DNA from: Betaproteobacteria bacterium
Lineage (GTDB): Bacteria > Pseudomonadota > Gammaproteobacteria > Burkholderiales > Burkholderiaceae_C
DNA: 64,000 nucleotides
Assembly: GCA_028871675.1 (NCBI GenBank)
Contig: JAGWMO010000003.1
Span: forward strand, 13,342 to 77,341
Reading direction: 5' to 3'
Position 1 is the first letter of the stretch. Every line of letters starts with the position of its first letter. Under the pieces are notes generated by a model that saw only the letters and a list, made by a program, of their open reading frames with translations, did no database searches and was not told the origin of the DNA. Both the position numbers and the translations under genes were made by a program. Shown here one piece after another: positions 27,980 to 38,799 of the stretch.

Positions 27980-28585
27980 TCAGGCTGATGGATTGCGCTC
28001 GTGGGGTTGTCGCGCTGCTGCATGCTTCACCACCGCTGGTGTCGCATGGCGCACGTTGTCGGCCATGATCTTGACCGCCTTGCCCTGCGACTCCTGCATC
28101 GCCTCCAGAGCCTGCGTGGTGAAGTTCATGAAGCTTTGCATCAGGCTTGCCGCCGGACTCGAACTGTGGCTGCCACGCAAACTCGGGCCCGACCCAGCGT
28201 TTCCTCGCGCAGGGGGTTGCTTGCCGTTGTCGGCCGCCATGGCCTCACGCAGGGCTTGCTGCACGCGCAACAGGCCATGGTTCATGGCATCGGCCAGTTC
28301 CGCCTGGGTGGCACCGGCAATTGCAGCCGATTGCCGGGCATAGTCCCAGGCCCTCCGGCCGTTGGCCTGCGCTGGATTGTCGGACTGAATACGGATCCAC
28401 TCTGGCACGTCACGCGCGGACACCGTGACACGCATGGCTTCGGCACCGTCGTGCGTGGCATCGCGCAGCAGCTGCAGATTGAGCCGAGCCAATTGATCGA
28501 CACCACGCATGACCGCCTCGGCCATGCCGGCCATGGACTCCAACCCGGCCTTCTGCAACACCTGGATCTGCTCTCGGGTCTGCAT
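27980..28585 (-). CDS. phasin-family PHA granule protein
   Basis: 201 aa, helical and Ala/Gln-rich. N-terminal QKAGLESMAGMAEAVMRGVDQLARLNLQLLRD is like TIGR01841 phasins. Confidence 0.7.
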   Translation of the reverse strand: MQTREQIQVLQKAGLESMAGMAEAVMRGVDQLARLNLQLLRDATHDGAEAMRVTVSARDVPEWIRIQSDNPAQANGRRAWDYARQSAAIAGATQAELADAMNHGLLRVQQALREAMAADNGKQPPARGNAGSGPSLRGSHSSSPAASLMQSFMNFTTQALEAMQESQGKAVKIMADNVRHATPAVVKHAAARQPHERNPSA

Positions 28586-28827
28586 CGCCGTTCTCCCGGA
28601 AAAGGTGGAATGACGTCACCAGTATGCGCATGGTGACTCGGACGTCCTTGATGAGCATCAAGACTTGTTCTGGCCTTGCGCATCAAGCGGCATGCATGCG
28701 CTGCACACGCTTCGTTTATAGGCCGGTGGAGACCCCAGCGCAAGGACGAGTTGGCGGCATCACGGCAAAGCGCAGCGTGGGACCGTTGGAAGTGGGTCGC
28801 GCATGTCGCGCTGCCGCCCTTCAGCCT

Positions 28828-30150
28828 TCAGTTCTGCGCGAACAGCAGCTTGGCGACCGTGTCGTTGTCGATGGGTTCTTCGAACAGCGTGCGCACCAGC
28901 AGGTCGCTGCCCAGCACTTGGGGTGCGAACAGCATGTCGGGCTGCACACGGCGGATCTTGGCCAGATGGCGGGCGTCGTTCACGCCGGCGATGGTCTTGA
29001 CCCCTGGCGCCAATTCCTTCACCGCGAGCACGGCGAAGGCGTTCTCGGCGTCGTCGTCGCGCAGGGTGAGCACGACCTTGGCCAGGGGCACGCCAGCTTG
29101 CTCCAGAATCTCGTTGCGGGTGGCGTCGCCGACGATGACGTCCGCGTCTTCCGGATAGGGCGAGGGTTTGCCGGGCGGGGCGATGATCGTCACCGGCACG
29201 TTGCGCCCCTGCAGCTCCTTCCATAACGTGTAGGCCAGACTCGAGACCCCGATGATGACGTAGTGATTGCGGCGAATTTCGCGGTGCATCCTGCCCTCCA
29301 GAGCACGTTTCAAGCTGCCGCCCACCAGCGGCCCGATGACCACCGACAGCGTGGTGGCGAAGATGGTGATGCCCAGCACGATCAGCGAGACGGTGTACAT
29401 ACGCGCCTCCACTGTTCGGGGCACGATGTCGCCATAGCCCACCGTGGACATGGTCTCCACGGCGTAATAAAACGCCGTTGGCAGGCTGCGGATGGGTGGG
29501 GAGTAGCCAGTGCCGAACCAGAGGCTGCCGAGCACGCCGTAAATGAGCAGGCTGCCGATGCCTAGCAGCGCGAACAGCGAACTCGCCGCCAGGCTGCTGC
29601 GGTTGAAGCGCCGGGCATAGACCGCGAGCACCACGATGAGCAGCGCTGCGATGGCAAAGACGGCATTCGGCTTATGGGCTGCCCACAGGGCCAGACCAGC
29701 CGACAGCAGCGCCAGCAACAGGGTGATGACCCAGGCGACGCGCGCGCGCAGCAACAGGCCGAAGGCCATGAGGATGAGACCCAGGCCGATGAACACCCGC
29801 GGAATGACGGTCAGATCGGCCAGACCGGCGATGGACTCGGCGCCATGTTCGAACAGGCCATGCAGCGCCGCGAGCAGAGCGCCGAATTGCGGATGCACCT
29901 GCAAAACCCCGCTGACCGCCGCCAGCAGGGCCGCCAGCACCTGTGGCCCCTGCTCGCGCCAGAGGTTGAGCAACCAGCGCATGGCCGCGGCCACCCGCAT
30001 GCGCACGCGGCGCAACCACCCAGGGCTGCGCTGGGGCGCGGGATCGGGTGGCATGGGCGTCATGCGGCCGTCCGGCGCTGCCTGCGTGTCCGGCTTCGGC
30101 TCGCCCCCCGGCGCGGGATCCGGGTCGAGCGTGGGCTCGGGCGGTGTCAT
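28828..30150 (-). CDS. K+ channel with RCK/TrkA-N domain
   Basis: Selectivity filter TVGYGD, then the Rossmann-like HYVIIGVSSLAYTLWKEL. ATG at 30150 is preceded by CAGGAG. The ORF extends to 30231. Confidence 0.85.
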   Translation of the reverse strand: MTPPEPTLDPDPAPGGEPKPDTQAAPDGRMTPMPPDPAPQRSPGWLRRVRMRVAAAMRWLLNLWREQGPQVLAALLAAVSGVLQVHPQFGALLAALHGLFEHGAESIAGLADLTVIPRVFIGLGLILMAFGLLLRARVAWVITLLLALLSAGLALWAAHKPNAVFAIAALLIVVLAVYARRFNRSSLAASSLFALLGIGSLLIYGVLGSLWFGTGYSPPIRSLPTAFYYAVETMSTVGYGDIVPRTVEARMYTVSLIVLGITIFATTLSVVIGPLVGGSLKRALEGRMHREIRRNHYVIIGVSSLAYTLWKELQGRNVPVTIIAPPGKPSPYPEDADVIVGDATRNEILEQAGVPLAKVVLTLRDDDAENAFAVLAVKELAPGVKTIAGVNDARHLAKIRRVQPDMLFAPQVLGSDLLVRTLFEEPIDNDTVAKLLFAQN

Positions 30151-30253
30151 CGACAACTCCTGGACGCAACACTTGCCGGAACGCAAGCGACTGCCTGCGC
30201 GGCCTTCGCCCCGAGGCAGAACCTGCGGCATGCGAACTGCCGGACCCCGGCGC

Positions 30254-31684
30254 TCATGGCCGGATCACCTTGCCCGGGTTCATCAGCCCGAGTGGGTCCA
30301 GCGCTGCCTTGATGGCACGCATCAGGCCTAGCGCCACCGGACTTTTGTAGCGCTGCAGTTCCTCTGTCTTGAGCTGGCCGACGCCATGTTCGGCGGAAAA
30401 GCTGCCGCCGCAGGCTGCGGCGGCGTCGTGCACGATACGGTTGCAGGTCTCCTGGTGTTCAGCCAGAAACTGCGCCGCATCGCTCGCGATCGGCGCCTGC
30501 ACGTTGTAGTGCAGGTTGCCGTCACCCAGATGCCCGAACACCACCAGACGCGCGCCGGGCAAGGCCTGGGTCACCAACTCGGCCGTGCTCTCGACGAAAG
30601 CCGCCATGTGCGAAATGGGCACGGCGATGTCGTGCTTGATGTTCAGGCCCTCTTGGGCCTGGGCCAGCGGAATGTGTTCGCGCAGCGCCCACATGCCCTG
30701 CGCCTGCGCCAGGCTCTGGGCCACGGCAACGTCGATCACCCTGTCGTGTTGAAGCGCCGCGCCGAGCACGGCCTCCAGACGAGCCTGGGCATGGGCCTCG
30801 CTTTCGTTGTCCGACAGCTCGAGCAACACACACCAGGGCGTGCGCAACTCCAGGGGCAGGCGCAGTTGCGGAAAATGGCGCTGCACCAGTTGCAGGCTGT
30901 GTGTGCTCATCAGCTCGAAAGCCGTGAGCCCGGCGCCCAGTGAAGCGCGCGCATCTTGCAGCAAATCCACTGCATCCTGCGCATGCGCCACCAGCACCAG
31001 CGCCGTGCACTGCGCCACCGGCTGCGCAAACAGCTGCAGACTGGCCGCGGTGATGATGCCCAGCGTGCCCTCGGCGCCGATGTACAGGTCGCGCAAGTCG
31101 TAGCCGGTGTTGTCCTTGCGCAGCGCGCTCAGACCGTTCCAGACCTCGCCCTGCGGTGTCACCACCTCGAGCCCGAGGCACAGCGCGCGGGCATTGCCGT
31201 AACGCAGCACCGCGGTGCCGCCGGCATTGGTGGAGAGCACGCCGCCAATGGTGGCACTGCCCTCGGCGGCCAGGCTCAGCGGAAACAGCAGGCCGGCCTG
31301 TTGCGCCGCGTCTTGCACGTTTTGCAAGATGCAACCGGCCTCCGCCACCAGCACGCCGTCGGCCGCGGAAAGGTCGCGGATGCGCTTCAGGCGCTTGAGC
31401 GAGAGCAGCAGTTGCGAGCCGCTGGCGTCGGGCGTGGCGCCTCCCACCAGGCCGGTGTTGCCGCCCTGGGGGACGATGGGCACGCCATGGGCGGCGCAAA
31501 GCTGCACCACTTCGGCCACCTGCGCGGTGTCGGCCGGCAGCGCCAACGCCAGGGGTTTGCCGCGGTAGCGGCCACGCCAGTCGGTGGCATGGGGAGCAAG
31601 CTCTGCAGCCTGGTCCAGCACCTGGCTGGCCCCGAGCAGGGCGCGCATGGCGTTGAGAAAGCGGATGCCCTGCGCTGAGTTCAT
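30254..31684 (-). CDS. FAD-linked oxidase (GlcD / D-2-hydroxyacid dehydrogenase family)
   Basis: FAD_binding_4 motif VPQGGNTGLVGGATP and C-terminal GSFSAEHGVGQLK. ATG at 31684 overlaps the upstream stop. Confidence 0.85.
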   Translation of the reverse strand: MNSAQGIRFLNAMRALLGASQVLDQAAELAPHATDWRGRYRGKPLALALPADTAQVAEVVQLCAAHGVPIVPQGGNTGLVGGATPDASGSQLLLSLKRLKRIRDLSAADGVLVAEAGCILQNVQDAAQQAGLLFPLSLAAEGSATIGGVLSTNAGGTAVLRYGNARALCLGLEVVTPQGEVWNGLSALRKDNTGYDLRDLYIGAEGTLGIITAASLQLFAQPVAQCTALVLVAHAQDAVDLLQDARASLGAGLTAFELMSTHSLQLVQRHFPQLRLPLELRTPWCVLLELSDNESEAHAQARLEAVLGAALQHDRVIDVAVAQSLAQAQGMWALREHIPLAQAQEGLNIKHDIAVPISHMAAFVESTAELVTQALPGARLVVFGHLGDGNLHYNVQAPIASDAAQFLAEHQETCNRIVHDAAAACGGSFSAEHGVGQLKTEELQRYKSPVALGLMRAIKAALDPLGLMNPGKVIRP

Positions 31685-32082
31685 GGCCGTGGCCTGCGCG
31701 CATGCGCCCGCAAGGTGACGGCCATCATGCCGAACGACGCCAGCGCCAGCGCGCATTCGACCCAGCCGAGTCGGCGCGACAGCGCCAGTGGGTCAGTCAG
31801 CCCGCGCACCACGCCCTCGGTGAGATAGAACCACACCAGCATGCTCATCCACTGGTAGGTGTAGAGCCGGCCGCGCCACATGCCGGGGGCGGCGGCGAGC
31901 AGCGGCAACACCTTGAGCGCCAGCCAAGAGCCGCCGGGTCGCAGCGGTGCCCACCACAGCTCCCAGCCCAGGCACAGCAGCGCGAGCGCCACCCACAAAA
32001 CCAGATTGGCGCGGCGCCATGCTGGCGCGGCGAACCGGCCATCGCCGGCTTGGGCATCGCCTTGGAGCGTGTGGGGATGCAT
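31681..32082 (-). CDS. DUF2069-like small membrane protein
   Basis: 133 aa with four hydrophobic segments (LVLWVALALLCLGWELWWAP...). Its position beside the WrbA-like gene is a common pairing. Confidence 0.55.
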   Translation of the reverse strand: MHPHTLQGDAQAGDGRFAAPAWRRANLVLWVALALLCLGWELWWAPLRPGGSWLALKVLPLLAAAPGMWRGRLYTYQWMSMLVWFYLTEGVVRGLTDPLALSRRLGWVECALALASFGMMAVTLRAHARRPRP

Positions 32083-32091
32083 CGCCCGCGC

Positions 32092-32703
<612 letters not shown>

Positions 32704-32705
32704 CT

Positions 32706-33920
32706 ATGCGCCCCCGTTACCGCCCGCCCGACCTGCCCCAAAGCCTGCGCTTGCTCATCAAGCGCTTCGGCCAGGAGCGCCTGGCGCAGACGGCCGGCAG
32801 CCTGACCTTCACCACGCTGATTTCCATGGTGCCGCTGCTGGCGGTCGGCTTGTCGCTGTTCACCGCCTTTCCCGCGTTCCATCGCATGCAGGACCACCTG
32901 CAGCAACAATTCGCCCATGCGCTGCTGCCGCAGGGCATCGCCGAGACCGTCTTTCGCTACCTCAACCAGTTCGCAGCCAAGGCCAAGGGCCTGGGCGCGG
33001 TGGGCGTGGCCGGGCTGGTGTTCCTGGCCACCTCGATGATGCTCACTGTGGACAAAGCGCTCAATGCCATCTGGCGCACGGCGCGGCTTCGGCCACTGGC
33101 GCAGCGCGTGCTGCTGTATTGGGCGGGGATCACCCTGGGGCCGCTGGTGCTGGGCGCCGGGTTGGCGGCGTCGGCGGCGCTGGTGGCCGCGCATCGCGGC
33201 TGGCTGCACCACATTCCCGGCGGCGCCGGCGTGCTGCTCACGCTGCTGTCGTGGGCGTTCATGGGTGGGGCCATCGGCGCGCTCTACCGCTTCGTGCCCA
33301 ACACCGAGGTGAAGTGGCGCGACGCCCTGGCCGGCGGCCTGTTCGCCGCCATCGGCTTCGATCTCGCCGGCCGTGCCTTCGCCTGGTATGTGGCCAGCGT
33401 TCCCACCTTCACGGCGGTGTACGGCACCTTCGCCACCCTGCCGATATTTCTGATGTGGATTTACTGGAGCTGGATGGTGGTGCTGCTGGGCGCCATGCTG
33501 GCCGCCTTCCTGCCGCTGCTGCGGGTGCGCGCCCTGCCGCCCCAGGCCGTGGCCGGCGGCGACTTCCTGCTGGTGCTCAAACTGCTGCGCCAGCTTGCCG
33601 CCGCGCGCCTGGCGCCCCATGCCGGGCGCGAGACCCTGATCCTCGCCCGCAGTCTGCGCTGCGACCCGCTGCATCTGCAGCCCTTGCTGAATGCGCTGGA
33701 GGGCATCGGCTGGATCGGCAGGATCACACCGGACGCGCACCATCGCTCGCTGCGCTGGGCCCTGCTGGTCGATCCGGCGCAAACTCCGATCGCCGCCCTG
33801 GTCGACGTACTCCTGCTGAACCACGACGCCGCTGCCGAAGTCTCACCCATATTGGTCCACCTCGTCAGCGACGAGGAGCGCGCATTGACGCTGCAGCGGC
33901 TGCTGCAGGATAAGCCTTGA
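32706..33920 (+). CDS. YihY/BrkB family membrane protein
   Basis: ORF 32520..33920, ATG at 32706. Has GSLTFTTLISMVPLL plus multiple TM helices. Confidence 0.8.
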   Translation: MRPRYRPPDLPQSLRLLIKRFGQERLAQTAGSLTFTTLISMVPLLAVGLSLFTAFPAFHRMQDHLQQQFAHALLPQGIAETVFRYLNQFAAKAKGLGAVGVAGLVFLATSMMLTVDKALNAIWRTARLRPLAQRVLLYWAGITLGPLVLGAGLAASAALVAAHRGWLHHIPGGAGVLLTLLSWAFMGGAIGALYRFVPNTEVKWRDALAGGLFAAIGFDLAGRAFAWYVASVPTFTAVYGTFATLPIFLMWIYWSWMVVLLGAMLAAFLPLLRVRALPPQAVAGGDFLLVLKLLRQLAAARLAPHAGRETLILARSLRCDPLHLQPLLNALEGIGWIGRITPDAHHRSLRWALLVDPAQTPIAALVDVLLLNHDAAAEVSPILVHLVSDEERALTLQRLLQDKP

Positions 33921-34073
33921 ACAAGCTGCGGCGACGACCATGTGGTGCCTGCGTCATTCCTGGCACGCACATCCGCAGAACAGCCATCGTGCGCAGCCGA
34001 AACCGCTGCGACAGTGCGCATCCAGCTCGATCGCCAGAAATCCGACATGACCCGATCACGCAGAGGAACAGGC

Positions 34074-34484
34074 ATGGACATCACCGTGTATCGCGCTGAA
34101 GCCCTAGCCCGCGAATGGCGGAGACTTCCGGCTTCCACCTACAACCTGGCCCGCACCCTGCAAGCGCGCAGCACCAGCGGTGTGGCCTTCGTGCCCATTC
34201 GCCCCATGCAGGTGTTGGCCATTCTCGACGCCACCGAATTCGTCTTTCTCGACAGCCGGTATAAGAGTTGGGTCATGCTTGCCTGGCAGGGCTTTCAGCC
34301 CAAGACCCGCAGTGCGTTGGACGAACCTGTTCCCTTCGAATGCGTGTCCTTCGAAGCGACCGCGCAGGAAGCCATGCTCCGACTGGCGCGTGAGTTCCAT
34401 CGCGCGCTCGTACAACTTGCTGCCAAGCAGCACATCGACGGCCCCGCCAAGGTGCTGAAGCTCACTGCGAAGCGGTCGGCCTAG
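34074..34484 (+). CDS. hypothetical protein (136 aa), no family recognised
   Basis: ORF 33942..34484. ATG at 34074 is preceded by GAGGAA. Composition looks protein-like. Confidence 0.35.
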   Translation: MDITVYRAEALAREWRRLPASTYNLARTLQARSTSGVAFVPIRPMQVLAILDATEFVFLDSRYKSWVMLAWQGFQPKTRSALDEPVPFECVSFEATAQEAMLRLAREFHRALVQLAAKQHIDGPAKVLKLTAKRSA

Positions 34485-34577
34485 CGCCTGTTCACGCTCT
34501 CTCTGCACCCGCGTTACCCCCAGCCGGGGTGGGGGCAAGGCGCACGGAACAGTAAGCAGGCCATTGCTCGAAGCCGC

Positions 34578-34871
34578 CTATTCGTCTTCCCCCAACTCCG
34601 CGTCCCAACCCTGGTCCCGGGCGCGGGCGATGGCTCCTGCATAGGCGCGGGTGTGGCGCTCGGCGAGTTCGGTCGGCAGGCGACTGGGGAGGTTGCCGTA
34701 CTGATCCCACTCCTTGTCGACCTTGTCCATCAACACCTGCATCTGGCCGAGGGTCCAGCCGGCGCAGTCTTGCGTCTCGGGGATGAAGCCAAACACCCGC
34801 GCGTCGAGCACCACGCGGCCGAGCTGGGTGATACCGTGTTTGTCCTGATCAATGCCGACGTATTTGTCCAT
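34578..34871 (-). CDS. hypothetical small acidic protein (97 aa) downstream of and co-directional with cbbO
   Basis: ORF 34578..34940(-). ATG at 34871 is preceded by AGGA. Sequence MDKYVGIDQDKHGITQLGRVVLDARVFGFIPE...; no family recognised. Confidence 0.4.
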   Translation of the reverse strand: MDKYVGIDQDKHGITQLGRVVLDARVFGFIPETQDCAGWTLGQMQVLMDKVDKEWDQYGNLPSRLPTELAERHTRAYAGAIARARDQGWDAELGEDE

Positions 34872-34991
34872 GGGAATCCTGGAGGGGAATGCGCGAAGGA
34901 TAGAGCACCGCCATCCAGGGCACCGCATGCACGATGCCATGCAGACAGACGTCCGGGCCCATGCCTGCCTGTTCGGTGCATTTGGTGCGCC

Positions 34992-37322
34992 TTACCGTGT
35001 CAGGCCGGCATAGAGCAGTGGCAGCTTTTCCGGTAGACGCTGCACATGATCGATGACCATGAAATGGTTCTGGCCGAAGATGCGCGCCACGTATTGGTCG
35101 GCGCCCGGATCCAGACTCATGCAGTAGGTGACAACGCCATGCCTGGCCACGTCTTCCACCGCCTTCTTGGTGTCAGAGCGCAGGTATTGCGGGTCGCGCA
35201 CGTCGATGTCGGCGGGCTCACCGTCGGTGATGACGAGCAGCAGCTTTTTCGCTGATTTCTGCAGTTGCAGGTGGTGCCCGGCATGGCGAATGGCCGCGCC
35301 CATGCGGGTGGATAGCTGCCCGGTCATGCCCGCCAGACGCGCCTTGGGCTCCTCGTTCCACTGCTGGTCGAAGTCCTTGAAGCGCAGGTACTGCACATCG
35401 TGCCGGCCGTCGGAACAAAAACCGTGGATGGCGAAGGGGTCGCCCACCTTGCTGATGGCGTCGGCCAGCAGCACGCAGGCCTGGCGGGTGAGGTCGAGCA
35501 CGGAATACTCCTGGCCCGCAACCTTGTCGTTGGTGGACTCGGACAGGTCGAGCAGTACCAGGATGGAGAAGTCACGCACCTGACGCACACTGCGCATCAT
35601 GATGCGCGGATCGGGCTGCTGCCCCAGGCGCATGTCGATGAAGCCGGCGATGGCGGCATTGATGTCGATCTCGTCGCCGTCTTCGAGCTTGCGGATGCGC
35701 TGCACGCCCTGCGGCTGCATGGCGTCGAGCAGGAACTTCATGCGGTGGATCTCGCGCTTGTACTGCGCGGTGATGGCGTCGATGGCGGCCAGGTCGCCCA
35801 GCTTGCCGCGCCGCTCCAGCACCGTGGCCCAGGCCGGGCGTTCGAGCTGGATCTGGTAGTCCCATTCCGAGTAGTGGAAAGGCTCGGAAACCGGCTCCTT
35901 GCCCTCCATCTCGTTGAAACTTTTGCCCATGTCTTCGTAGGGGAACAACTCGGTGTCGAGCACCCAGATTTCCTCGGCGTCGTCGCCGGCGTTCTCGACG
36001 TCGATCTCATTGGCCATCTCCATCACGCTGACATGCTTGCGCACCTGCCTGACCGACTCATAGCCGGCATGGGCAGCCTTGTTGAAATCGAATTCCTCAA
36101 ACTCCCAGAAGTACCGGTTGTCATCCCGGTAGGGTGCGGTGAGCACGTCGTTGCGGGCGTTGAAGGCAAGGTGTTTGTCGGCCTGCAGCTTGTGCGCGAG
36201 AGTGACGCCGATGTCCCACGATAACTGGTTGTCGTGCAGGCGGTCCTGGGCCTGCGCGAACAGCACGCGGCCCTCGGCAACCCACGGATCGGGGTCCGCA
36301 TAGCTGTCGTCCAGCAGGGCGCGAGCAAGGCGGTCGAGATAGTCACCGACGGTGGTCGCCATCGCCGGCGTCGCCGTGTGGAACTGCGCCCACAGTTGCT
36401 TCAGACCGGGGAAGCGAAGCATGGAGAGGGCTTCCACCCGCGCATCTTCGATGACGGAAATCACCGCCATCTGGTAGGGGTTCAGCGCCTCGGCGGAAAT
36501 GGGCGTTCGCGTTTCCACGACGTGCGCGGCGCAATGCGCCGCGGCAGCGCGGTACAGCTCCAGGCCGGGCACACCACCGTGGTCGTCGTAAGCGTCCGGC
36601 AGATGCAGCAGGTAGTCTTCGATGAAGGGCTTGTAGCCCTCGCGGTTCTCGAAGTCGCCCGACGTCGGGCGCATGAAGAAGTCGCGTGCCCACAGCGCCC
36701 GCAGGTACATGTTGATGCGCCGCTGCACGTCCACCAGCAGCGTGCCCTTGCGCTCCTTCTGCAGCATGGCGAGCGACTCCTTGCTCTCCAGGCTGAAGTA
36801 CAGAATCTGTTCTTCGTAGTTCGTGCGGTGAGCATGCGCGCCCCACAAGGCCCAGCGCCGCAAGCCACCCAGCGTGAGCTTTTGGAACAACACGTCAATC
36901 TTGCCGAGCATGGGCCGCACGCCACGCGGGGCTTGGGCGATGAGGGTGTTGATGAACTGCAAATACTTGCTGAACAGTTCCGCATCGCCCAGGCGGTTCG
37001 CCGCCGTGGGGGCGGTGGCCAACAGGAGTTCGATCACCGCGCCCGAGGTTTTGGACGCCAGGCTGAGCGCCGCAGTGGCGAGTTCACCCACCACATCTTC
37101 GCCCACCTCCTTGGCCACCAAGGGGGCGTTGTCGATCCAGTTCTCCACCAGCGAATCGCCCTTGCCCAGGCCACGCATCGCGCCTGCGCCCTTGAGATAG
37201 TTGTCCAGCCCGCGCGGGCTGAGCACCTTGGTGGCTTCGGGCCAGGCGGACTTGAGCACGATTTGCGTGTGCTCGGACAGGTCTTCGAGGTAATCAGCGT
37301 AGTCGTCGAGATTGATGGCCAT
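34992..37322 (-). CDS. cbbO: RuBisCO activase subunit CbbO (VWA-domain protein)
   Basis: 776 aa. C-terminal VWA/MIDAS region (LVLLDLSESTND). Lies directly after cbbQ. Confidence 0.85.
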   Translation of the reverse strand: MAINLDDYADYLEDLSEHTQIVLKSAWPEATKVLSPRGLDNYLKGAGAMRGLGKGDSLVENWIDNAPLVAKEVGEDVVGELATAALSLASKTSGAVIELLLATAPTAANRLGDAELFSKYLQFINTLIAQAPRGVRPMLGKIDVLFQKLTLGGLRRWALWGAHAHRTNYEEQILYFSLESKESLAMLQKERKGTLLVDVQRRINMYLRALWARDFFMRPTSGDFENREGYKPFIEDYLLHLPDAYDDHGGVPGLELYRAAAAHCAAHVVETRTPISAEALNPYQMAVISVIEDARVEALSMLRFPGLKQLWAQFHTATPAMATTVGDYLDRLARALLDDSYADPDPWVAEGRVLFAQAQDRLHDNQLSWDIGVTLAHKLQADKHLAFNARNDVLTAPYRDDNRYFWEFEEFDFNKAAHAGYESVRQVRKHVSVMEMANEIDVENAGDDAEEIWVLDTELFPYEDMGKSFNEMEGKEPVSEPFHYSEWDYQIQLERPAWATVLERRGKLGDLAAIDAITAQYKREIHRMKFLLDAMQPQGVQRIRKLEDGDEIDINAAIAGFIDMRLGQQPDPRIMMRSVRQVRDFSILVLLDLSESTNDKVAGQEYSVLDLTRQACVLLADAISKVGDPFAIHGFCSDGRHDVQYLRFKDFDQQWNEEPKARLAGMTGQLSTRMGAAIRHAGHHLQLQKSAKKLLLVITDGEPADIDVRDPQYLRSDTKKAVEDVARHGVVTYCMSLDPGADQYVARIFGQNHFMVIDHVQRLPEKLPLLYAGLTR

Positions 37323-37354
37323 CGGTCATGCCTCCGCGTTGAAGAACACCGCCA

Positions 37355-38158
37355 TCAGAAAAACGTGCTCACCGCAGCATCGAGTGCGTCGCGCATGTCG
37401 GGGTCGTCGGTGATGGGGCGCACCAGCGCCACGCGGCAGGCTGACTTGGCATCGACACCTTGGGCAACGAGGCTGCCGGCGTAAATCAGCATGCGGGTGG
37501 ACAGGCCTTCGTCGAGGCCATGGCCCTTGAGGTTGCGACTGCGCTCGGCGATGGACACCAACTTCTCGGCGATGTCTTTGGAGACGCCGGACTCGTGCAC
37601 CACGATCTCGCTTTCGATGGCGTGCTCGGGGTAGGTGAAGTCAAGCCCGCCAAAACGCTGCTTGGTCGACTGCTTCAAGTCCTTCATCAAGCTCTGGTAG
37701 CCGGGGTTGTAGGAGATGACGATTTGAAAGTCGGGGTGGGCATGCACCAGTTCACCCTTCTTCTCCAGCGGCAGGACGCGGCGGTTGTCGGTGAGGGGGT
37801 GGATGACCACGGTGGTGTCCTGGCGCGCCTCAACGATTTCGTCGAGGTAGCAGATGGCCCCAAAGCGCGCGGCAATGGCCAGCGGACCGTCTTGCCAGCG
37901 GGTGCCCTGGGCGTCGAGCAGAAAGCGACCGACGAGGTCGGAGGCGGTCATGTCTTCGTTGCAGGCCACGGTGATCAGTGGCTTGTTCAACTTGAACGCC
38001 ATGGCTTCGACGAAGCGGGTCTTGCCGCAACCCGTGGGGCCCTTGAGCATCATGGGCATGCGCACGGAGTAAGCGGCCTCGAACAAGGTCACCTCGTCGG
38101 CCACGGGGCGGTAATACGGTTCCTTCGTGACGCGGTATTGCTCAACGATATTGCTCAT
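37355..38158 (-). CDS. cbbQ: RuBisCO activase subunit CbbQ (MoxR-type AAA+)
   Basis: ATG at 38158 is preceded by AGGAG. 267 aa. Walker [14 protein letters not shown] and [12 protein letters not shown]. Confidence 0.9.
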   Translation of the reverse strand: MSNIVEQYRVTKEPYYRPVADEVTLFEAAYSVRMPMMLKGPTGCGKTRFVEAMAFKLNKPLITVACNEDMTASDLVGRFLLDAQGTRWQDGPLAIAARFGAICYLDEIVEARQDTTVVIHPLTDNRRVLPLEKKGELVHAHPDFQIVISYNPGYQSLMKDLKQSTKQRFGGLDFTYPEHAIESEIVVHESGVSKDIAEKLVSIAERSRNLKGHGLDEGLSTRMLIYAGSLVAQGVDAKSACRVALVRPITDDPDMRDALDAAVSTFF

Positions 38159-38281
38159 GCTGGCTCCTTGCTGTGCTGGATTGATTGGTCCGCGAATGAC
38201 GCGATGCAATCTCGATGCGCGGGCCTGAGCGGCGCCGATTTCATGCGCTGCCCAAAGTTTTTGCGCCATTCGCGGACAAAC

Positions 38282-38315
38282 AAAAAACCCCCGCACCCTT
38301 GTGGGGCGACGGGGG
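38282..38315 (-). terminator. intra-operon hairpin plus U-run between cbbS and cbbQ
   Basis: Minus strand: GAGCCCCCGTCGCCCCACAAGGGTGCGGGGGTTTTTTG, 27 nt after the cbbS stop. Confidence 0.5.
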
Positions 38316-38342
38316 CTCGTACGGTCACCCGTCGCGACGTGC

Positions 38343-38699
38343 TTAAACCGTCTTACCGCGGAAGATCACCATCGACGCGCCTTGCGACTGGTTGAAGTTG
38401 TTGTAACCAATCAGTCGCACATGGTTGTCGGGGTTGGCCTTGTGGCAGGCTTCGGCCTCGGCCAGCACCTTGGCGACGTCGGTCTCACCGAACATCGGCA
38501 GCTTCCACATATACCAGTACGAATCCTGCAGATGTGCAGGCTCGGTGTGCTCAATCGCCGGGTTCCAGCCCTTTTTCACCAAAAACTCGACCTGCTTTTT
38601 GATCTGTTCTGCGGTCATGGGCGGCAGATAGGAGAAGGTTTCGAACTTGCGGCTCGCGGGATCGCTCACGCGGCTTTTGTAATCCATCACGTCAGACAT
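38343..38699 (-). CDS. cbbS: RuBisCO small subunit (118 aa, form IA-type length)
   Basis: [36 protein letters not shown]...[11 protein letters not shown]. Confidence 0.95.
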   Translation of the reverse strand: MSDVMDYKSRVSDPASRKFETFSYLPPMTAEQIKKQVEFLVKKGWNPAIEHTEPAHLQDSYWYMWKLPMFGETDVAKVLAEAEACHKANPDNHVRLIGYNNFNQSQGASMVIFRGKTV

Positions 38700-38799
38700 G
38701 TTGTTTCCTTTCGGTTGTAGGGTGGGTCAATCGCGCTGCAGCAACACCCACCGTTTCATTGGTGGGTCAGGACTTGCGGCCTGACCCACCCTTCGGGTT

